From Candidatus Latescibacterota bacterium (GTDB lineage Bacteria; Latescibacterota; UBA2968): 64,000 nucleotides of DNA. The notes under the pieces are model-generated. The model did no database searches. It saw nothing but the letters and a program-made list of their open reading frames with translations, and was not told where the DNA came from. The stretch covers positions 2,848,001 to 2,912,000 of the forward strand of contig OZ242320.1 of assembly GCA_965208125.1 (NCBI GenBank). The letters are read 5' to 3'. Shown one piece after another: positions 57,785 through 64,000 of this stretch. The position numbers were made by a program, and so were the translations under genes. Every line of letters starts with the position of its first letter. Position 1 is the stretch's first letter.

Positions 57785-58744
57785 TTATATTAGGATGTCT
57801 GACTGCGTATGGGGTGCGTGGTTTTTGATAAACCAGAGATAGAGCACCTGACTGTAGGAAAAAAATACCATCTGTTTTCGTTGAAAAAAGGGTTCCAGTT
57901 CTTTTTGCAATTTTCGCAGGTTGTAAAATGGTACGCCCGGGAAATAGTGGTGTTCCAGGTGATATGTCGAAAACAGATAGAGAAAATTCCATATCCAATT
58001 GGATCGCATGAGGGTTGTCCAGTTGGCGATTTCATCCGGGTTTATCATATAGTGCTGTCCCAACCGGTTGACAGTAAAAGCAATGGGAAAGATAAAAAAT
58101 ACCGGAAAAAGATGCGCTTTGAACGCAAACCACGGGTCCAGCGTCCAGAACCATGTCAGAATTCCCAGGTGCAGGATGATTCCCACTGTGCGTTCTCGTT
58201 TGATCTGGCGGCACAGTTGTTCTGGATAGCCTTTAAAGGTTTCGGCTACTGCCCGAAAATAAATGGGGAATAGCATTGGCGTGCAGTAAAGTAGCTTGAA
58301 CCACGGCGAGTTGATGCGGGGGGACAGGTGCGCGCGTTTGGGGTCGGCGTGCGTCGAACCCAGGTGATCGTGATGGTCCAGATGCCACCGCTTGAACTGT
58401 GAAAATGCCAGCCCGGAAATCCACCCGTACACAAGCCCCAGGAGGTCGTTGAGCCGGGGCTTCTTGCGGAAAATGCACCGGTGTACGGATTCGTGTAGCA
58501 AAACGGAGAAGCTGAAAATTACGAATCCCAATAGTACGCTTGCGGGAAACCAGCCCCAGAATGAATCGACGTAATAAATCCAGATGGGTAGCCCCACCAC
58601 CAGTGCTGTCTGCCGGAAGGCGATCCAAAAATGTCGCCAGGGTCGCCGCTGGTGCAGGTCTGTCAGCCGTTGTTTTGGTATTGCCGCCCTCAGTTCCCGG
58701 TTTAAGTCTCGCGCATGGTCGTGATATGTCAGTTCCGCTGCCAT
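57785..58744 (-). CDS. Membrane di-iron fatty-acid-desaturase family protein
   Basis: His boxes HESVH, HLDHH, HLEHH; ATG at 58744 with GGAGG RBS. Confidence 0.9.
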   Translation of the reverse strand: MAAELTYHDHARDLNRELRAAIPKQRLTDLHQRRPWRHFWIAFRQTALVVGLPIWIYYVDSFWGWFPASVLLGFVIFSFSVLLHESVHRCIFRKKPRLNDLLGLVYGWISGLAFSQFKRWHLDHHDHLGSTHADPKRAHLSPRINSPWFKLLYCTPMLFPIYFRAVAETFKGYPEQLCRQIKRERTVGIILHLGILTWFWTLDPWFAFKAHLFPVFFIFPIAFTVNRLGQHYMINPDEIANWTTLMRSNWIWNFLYLFSTYHLEHHYFPGVPFYNLRKLQKELEPFFQRKQMVFFSYSQVLYLWFIKNHAPHTQSDILI

Positions 58745-58758
58745 GGCAAACCTCCGCG

Positions 58759-59640
58759 TTAGCCGATTGCAAATACACACACAAACCCCACATGTCCCGC
58801 CATTAATAGCAAATACATGTGTTTCCACGAAATGTGATTGGATTCAAATGTCAACGCCTCGGGACGCTTCAACATCAACCAGCCGACATATCCTCCCCAA
58901 AGTGCCAGAAAGCCCAGCCACTGCGCGCTCGACGGCACCCATTCCCACATCGCACCAATGGGAATGAGCGCAAAGGGCAATACCAGAAAAGGCAGTATCA
59001 TCCAGGCTGCTCGCCGGGGTCCCAATAGTACGGGTAGGGTCTGCATGCCGAAGGCGCGGTCTCCTTCCACATCTGCGAAATCTTTGGTGTTGCTGGCTCC
59101 AAACACGTAGAGGCCGAATATCAGGCCCACAAACCAGGGTGCCGGGTGCCATATAGGTTCCACAGCCGCCCATCCCCCTACGGGTAGCAAACACCCCCGT
59201 CCAAATCCCAGTGCCAGGCTTGAAGAGAGTGCGTGCCGTTTTAGCCGCAAGGGCGGTGCTGAATAGGCCAGTGTGAGCAATGCGCCCACCGCGAAGATGT
59301 CCAGCAGCCGGGGATGTACCAGATAGGCGAGTCCGAGGGCGATGATATAACACGCGGTTCCCAGCAGTGCCGCCCCGCGCATGGATACGCTTCCCGAGGG
59401 CAAGGGACGGGTGGGTTTGTTGATCCGATCAATTTCCAGGTCGCAGCACTGGTTGATGATATTCGATCCCGCATTCAGGATTGTAACAGCCAGCGTGCCT
59501 ACCAGGCCTGCTGTTGGGATCTCTCCACCGGTAGCCATTGCCGATCCCGCGAGAAATCCCACGGCAGGTGCCAGTAGTGTGAAGGGGCGTGCGAGTCCCA
59601 CAAAGGCGCGGAATCCATTTTGTTCCATAGAATTGCTCAT
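58759..59640 (-). CDS. UbiA-family prenyltransferase (DGGGP-synthase-like motifs)
   Basis: ARPFT, NQCCDLEIDRINKPTRPLPSG, YS..P.RLK, KDFADVEGD. Confidence 0.88.
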   Translation of the reverse strand: MSNSMEQNGFRAFVGLARPFTLLAPAVGFLAGSAMATGGEIPTAGLVGTLAVTILNAGSNIINQCCDLEIDRINKPTRPLPSGSVSMRGAALLGTACYIIALGLAYLVHPRLLDIFAVGALLTLAYSAPPLRLKRHALSSSLALGFGRGCLLPVGGWAAVEPIWHPAPWFVGLIFGLYVFGASNTKDFADVEGDRAFGMQTLPVLLGPRRAAWMILPFLVLPFALIPIGAMWEWVPSSAQWLGFLALWGGYVGWLMLKRPEALTFESNHISWKHMYLLLMAGHVGFVCVFAIG

Positions 59641-62054
59641 TCGCTTTGGGCCTTTGCTCCCTGCTTATCCACCACGTAAAAACGGGCTGTTTTGAATACT
59701 TCAATGTCGCGGTTTAGATCTTTTACGGCTACGACTACTTCGTGTTGACCGGGTGCGATATCTCCCAAATCCAGTTCTACAAAATTTTCGCTTTTCGTTT
59801 GTGTGCCCGTCTGCTCGTATCGAATCGTCACCTCTTCTCTGCTACCGCCCGATAGCATCCGGCCCAGTCCGGACAGCGCGCGGATCAGTAGCGGCGTATG
59901 ATTGGCGTCCCGCACTGTATAGGCGACTTCGTAGCGCGTCTGTCCAAATGAATCGCGCAACAAGTTGTAGATTTCAAAATAAATAAAAAGCGATGTTTCC
60001 TGGTAAAATATCCGACCTGGTGAGGGATCTACCCGGAAGCCCGATCGCACAAACTGGCCCGCGGTTCCCGAATCTACCTGAGTCACTGCACGGGCCACTT
60101 GAATGCCGCTGACCATCAGTGTATCCCGGTTGTATGAATCTACCGGTACAGCCTTTTGATAAACGCCCATCAGATCCGCTTCCGGGCGCCAGACTTGAAT
60201 GGCGAGCATGTAATCGCCCGGGGGTACGTCTATTGGAAATTCTTCCACCAGTACAGATCTGCTGCTCCGCGGTGCCCTGACTTCAACATTGCCCTGTACG
60301 CGATAGACCTGTCCAGAGCGCTCGTTGATCAGGGCTACCCGCCGCTGTACCTGCGCGGTATCGCTGGCACCCTGTACATAGAGGTTGCGGGTGGGTACTC
60401 CCATAAATACCCGAATTTCTGTATTGTCGTCTGTTCCCTTAAAATCCACTGTATCAAAATGGAAATCCAGAGGTTCGTAATAACTGATGTTATAGATCTC
60501 GGGCACATCCCGGGTGATGCGGGGCATAAAGATGGCGGGCGAGTAGTCCGAGAATAGTCGCGATACCCGCAATGTCTGGTCGTGTCCAACCCGTTCCAGG
60601 CGATCCCGGTCTTCTGTGGTCAGAACGGGTGGCGGCGCGTAATCGTAACGTCCAGAGGTAAATTCGTCAGTAAATACCACTTCGATGCCTCCGCCAATGC
60701 GGGTGTAAAACCACACTTCCCATTTTACGGTCATTCCGGCAATGCCCGTTGTTACGGGTTTGTACCCGTAAAATCCCAGGGTGTCTTCAGCCGCCATGCC
60801 CGCGCGGGCCTGCATGGAGCCTTCAAAGGGCATGCGGGGCAGGTCGTCCAGTTCGGGGTTGTCTTCGTCGATGATGTTTATAAATCGTTCTGTTCGCACT
60901 GGATATACAGGTCCCAGAAACGTGTGGTGTACACCATCGGGACCGTAGAGCCTGCGGGCGAGTTCCGTCTGGATGATCCCGACCGATTGGGGTACGTTGT
61001 GGTTCAATGAGCGAGAAGTCGAGCGGTGGTCTGGCTCCCCATAGCGGATATAGACCTCACCTCGCCGGTCATAGGGAAATTGCTTTCGTCCGTAGTTTTC
61101 CCGCGCATAGAGTACCCGCCGATAGTGTTCGCACCAGCGCATCAGCCCGCCACTGGCTTTCAGGGGGTCTTTTCTCAGCCAGAATCGCCGCAAAAAATCG
61201 CGCCGCCGTTCTGGTGGGGTCTGTCGATAGGCCTCCGCTTCTCTGGGTGTAGCTACAATCGAGATATCCCAGTAGAGTCCTCCCTCCTCTTCGGATAGTG
61301 TGGAGATATATTCTTCAAAAGCGATGAGTGCGTCTTCGAAATTGCCCCGCTCCATGAGTATTTGTCCCAGAATCGCATAGCCTCGAGGGTCTTCCAGCCT
61401 GCCCAGCAGGCGTTCGGCTTCTGCCTTTTTGTCCGATTCGGCCAGACTGCGGATAAACAGGTAGGCCGCTTCCTGGTCTTTGGGCTGGCGCTTGAGGTAC
61501 TGGTCGTAATAATAAACCGCTACCTGATCCAATTTGTCGTCATTGTAGAGTTGACCCAGTAGCAGATATCCCGGTGCGTATTCGGGATCGATCTGGATCG
61601 CCCGTCCTGCCGCTTTTATGGCATCGCCTGTTTCCGATACTCGGTAGAGGCGAGCCAAGTGGTAATACATTTTTGCCCGGGTCGAATCCAGTGTTACGGC
61701 TCTTTGCAAATGGGGGCGAGCACCCCGCCAATCGTTTTTCAGATCCAGGTAGGCCAGACCCAGACCCAGGTACGCCTCTACCCACGCCGAATCGGCCTGT
61801 ACTGATTTGCGAAATGCTTTGATAGCGTCGTCGGCCTGTTTAGATTGCAGATGAAGCTGTCCGATCATGGTCAGCACCCGCGCAGGCTGGGGTTGTTGCC
61901 CGGCGATCTTTTCCAGGTTTTTGACGGCCTGTTTTACACTGTCTTTGTGCGAGACTTGTAATGCCCGGGCGTAAATCGATTCGGCGTCCTGGGCCTGTAC
62001 CGTTCCGGTTCCGCACAGTCCAATAAAAAGGCCTATAATAAGCCAAAATCTCAT
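59637..62054 (-). CDS. Secreted TPR plus GWxTD-like domain protein
   Basis: Signal peptide, TPRs, FWLRKDP...EHYRRV.YA...DRRGEVYIRYGEPD; ATG at 62054 with GAGG RBS. Confidence 0.8.
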   Translation of the reverse strand: MRFWLIIGLFIGLCGTGTVQAQDAESIYARALQVSHKDSVKQAVKNLEKIAGQQPQPARVLTMIGQLHLQSKQADDAIKAFRKSVQADSAWVEAYLGLGLAYLDLKNDWRGARPHLQRAVTLDSTRAKMYYHLARLYRVSETGDAIKAAGRAIQIDPEYAPGYLLLGQLYNDDKLDQVAVYYYDQYLKRQPKDQEAAYLFIRSLAESDKKAEAERLLGRLEDPRGYAILGQILMERGNFEDALIAFEEYISTLSEEEGGLYWDISIVATPREAEAYRQTPPERRRDFLRRFWLRKDPLKASGGLMRWCEHYRRVLYARENYGRKQFPYDRRGEVYIRYGEPDHRSTSRSLNHNVPQSVGIIQTELARRLYGPDGVHHTFLGPVYPVRTERFINIIDEDNPELDDLPRMPFEGSMQARAGMAAEDTLGFYGYKPVTTGIAGMTVKWEVWFYTRIGGGIEVVFTDEFTSGRYDYAPPPVLTTEDRDRLERVGHDQTLRVSRLFSDYSPAIFMPRITRDVPEIYNISYYEPLDFHFDTVDFKGTDDNTEIRVFMGVPTRNLYVQGASDTAQVQRRVALINERSGQVYRVQGNVEVRAPRSSRSVLVEEFPIDVPPGDYMLAIQVWRPEADLMGVYQKAVPVDSYNRDTLMVSGIQVARAVTQVDSGTAGQFVRSGFRVDPSPGRIFYQETSLFIYFEIYNLLRDSFGQTRYEVAYTVRDANHTPLLIRALSGLGRMLSGGSREEVTIRYEQTGTQTKSENFVELDLGDIAPGQHEVVVAVKDLNRDIEVFKTARFYVVDKQGAKAQSE

Positions 62055-62118
62055 GAGACAAATCCTCAAAGTGTAGTCATCGCGAAAAACTCAGTCTCTT
62101 TTTCGTCAGTAAGTGAAA

Positions 62119-62148
62119 AATATAGCATGTATTGGGGTACCTGGTCAA
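62119..62148 (-). promoter_or_regulatory. Putative sigma70 promoter for the GWxTD-UbiA operon
   Basis: TTGACC-18 nt-TATATT with a TGn extended -10 on the minus strand. Confidence 0.45.
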
Positions 62149-62154
62149 CTCTAT

Positions 62155-62187
62155 AAAAGAAAAACCTCCACCCAATTGGTAAGAGGT
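62155..62187 (-). terminator. Possible intrinsic terminator
   Basis: Minus strand imperfect hairpin acctcttacc-aatt-gggtggaggt followed by ttttctttt. Confidence 0.45.
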
Positions 62188-62216
62188 CAGCAGATTTCAG
62201 TTTATTTTTTTCAAAA

Positions 62217-64000
62217 TTACTCTGACATTTCCCGAACTAACCTGAATACCGTTTGCTGAGATGCGATCTGACCGCTGTGGAGATCTTCCACTTGCACTTC
62301 GAGCTGGTGAAGACCTGGTGCGATCTTTTTTGTATCCAGTTCAAAGTAAATGCGTTCCCAGGGCTCTGTTCCCTTGCGTTCATAACTGACAATGATCTCT
62401 GGTTTGCTGCTTGAGAACAGCTTCGACACGCCTGAAACCAGAACACCGAACACATTGCGTCCTCTCTGTCTCACCTGTCGAATGCTGTAGGTTACCCGAT
62501 AATGCGTCTGATTGAATACATCTTGCTGCAAGTCATAGACTTCATAGTAGATGTAAACACTCTGGTTCTGCCAATAGCTTCGACTCGGCATGGGAATCAC
62601 CCAGAGGTCTCCCTTGCGAAACTCTCCTGCCTCTTCATTCTTGGAGATATTCCAGGCCACCTCAAGATCACTCAACCCGAGTGAATCTGAAAATTCCGGG
62701 ATTGTCACCTCCTGTTGATACATGCCCCATTTCCCGCCGTTCTGGTCAACGAGCTTGACAACTAACTGATAGGTTCCCGGCAATACCGCAACAGAGGCCA
62801 GGCTCACCAACACACCATCAGGCATCTCACCCAGAGACCTTGCCTCCTGCACTTCCTCACTCAGCCGATAGGTGGTATTTCCCTGTGCATCAGCAAGCAC
62901 AATCGACCGAAGCATCTCCGTCTGTCCTTCTGCGAGTTGCTCTGTTGGCACGCCGAAATACACTTCCATGTTGGTCTTCGCCTTTTTCCCCTTAAAACTT
63001 GCCGTAGCATAGTAAAAATCCAGCACTTCCACACCGGGTGGCACATTGAAGTATTCAGGCGTGCGTGCAGCTATCTTCATCAGCACCACTGCAGGGGCAG
63101 ACTGGCTGAGCATGGTAACCAGTTGCGTATGCCAGAGGTTTTTGTGAGGTGGAGCCGGGAAATTCCAGTGCCCGTTCATGTAGGGATTGATGAATACGAA
63201 TTCTGTTCCGCCCGCCACATCGACATACACCCACGATTCCCACGGGACGAGAATGTCTCCATACATCGATCGCGGCACTGGAAACACGGGCCCAATACCG
63301 GCTTCAAGTCCCGGAGGTTTGTTCAAATGGACATCGCCGCCACTTGGCCCTTTGACCTCCCACAACCATCCAGGCTGGGGTGGGATAAAACTTTCATGAG
63401 CAGGTATAAAAACATCACCGGGAAATACTGGTGGCAATGAAACGCGATCCGGCTCCTGCCCCCTATAACTCATGCTTCGCTCATAAAGCGCTATAGCCTT
63501 TTGTTCCTTCACATACTGCACTGCCAGGCCAGGAAGTGAGTTGGGGTGTCCCGAACGCGACCGATAGTCCGGCTCACCATATCGGATATAGACCTCACCT
63601 CGCCTATCCCACGGCTCTATCCTCGAAAAAAACGTTCGCGCATACCACACCCTGCGGTAGTGCTCAACCCGTCGCCCAGGACCTCCCAGCAACAAAGCAC
63701 CGCTTTTCTGCTGCCAAAAATTAGCTACAAATGCCTCCCGGTCGGTCAGAGGTACATCTTTCAAGGCTTCCAACTCTTCAGGCAAGGCGACCAGTGACAA
63801 ATCCTCGTAATACATCCGCTCAGACTCGGGAAGCCGCTGCAAGTAATGCTGGAACAAACCCAGTGCCCGATCTGGGTCGCCCCGCGCTGCATGCGCCTGA
63901 CCCTCCAATGCGATCCAGCGCACATCCATCGGAAACCGTTCGCCCATCGCGTGTGCGATTTCCAGAACGAGCCCGTATCGCTTGTCCTCTGCGTAGGCAA
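62217..64000 (-). CDS. TPR plus GWxTD-like domain protein, 5' end beyond the window
   Basis: EHYRRVWYAR...WDRRGEVYIRYGEPD; frame stays open to the window end; paralog of 59637-62054. Confidence 0.8.
   Translation of the reverse strand, partial: AYAEDKRYGLVLEIAHAMGERFPMDVRWIALEGQAHAARGDPDRALGLFQHYLQRLPESERMYYEDLSLVALPEELEALKDVPLTDREAFVANFWQQKSGALLLGGPGRRVEHYRRVWYARTFFSRIEPWDRRGEVYIRYGEPDYRSRSGHPNSLPGLAVQYVKEQKAIALYERSMSYRGQEPDRVSLPPVFPGDVFIPAHESFIPPQPGWLWEVKGPSGGDVHLNKPPGLEAGIGPVFPVPRSMYGDILVPWESWVYVDVAGGTEFVFINPYMNGHWNFPAPPHKNLWHTQLVTMLSQSAPAVVLMKIAARTPEYFNVPPGVEVLDFYYATASFKGKKAKTNMEVYFGVPTEQLAEGQTEMLRSIVLADAQGNTTYRLSEEVQEARSLGEMPDGVLVSLASVAVLPGTYQLVVKLVDQNGGKWGMYQQEVTIPEFSDSLGLSDLEVAWNISKNEEAGEFRKGDLWVIPMPSRSYWQNQSVYIYYEVYDLQQDVFNQTHYRVTYSIRQVRQRGRNVFGVLVSGVSKLFSSSKPEIIVSYERKGTEPWERIYFELDTKKIAPGLHQLEVQVEDLHSGQIASQQTVFRLVREMSE

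Noticed and set aside
1-64000. tRNA, rRNA, riboswitch, integrase, transposase, reverse transcriptase or prophage
   Set aside because: None recognised by eye; intergenic gaps are short. An Infernal/tRNAscan run would be needed to exclude small RNAs

Overview
Gene-dense bacterial chromosomal window with about 50 CDS. I saw no rRNA, tRNA, CRISPR array, integrase or transposase. Housekeeping genes (truC-like, FKBP PPIase, pyrH, purD, purE, glcB, coaX, trmB) are interleaved with transport and catabolic genes (polyamine and osmoprotectant ABC systems, glycogen debranching enzyme, GH140-like hydrolase, heparinase II/III-like lyase, PhyH dioxygenases, Gfo/Idh/MocA oxidoreductases, an enolase-superfamily enzyme). 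GWxTD-like/TPR proteins, a dockerin-like C-terminal tag and HEAT/propeller lipoproteins suggest an FCB-group organism such as Latescibacterota, possibly marine or host-associated (inference only). The best candidates for undescribed systems are: (1) a MoxR AAA+ / NPF-GXGXG beta-helix / zincin-like-vWA triad at 1136-4767; (2) a UbiA prenyltransferase / di-iron desaturase / CruF-like-TPR cluster coupled to a GWxTD-like gene at 56221-62054; (3) a GDP-mannose 3,5-epimerase / GHMP kinase / tandem nucleotidyltransferase operon at 30283-32927 that could be a Leloir-like L-sugar salvage route. A recurring pattern of toxin-antitoxin and nuclease remnants, with the toxic part deleted, sits inside otherwise intact operons. 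All calls come from motif recognition by eye; no database searches were run.
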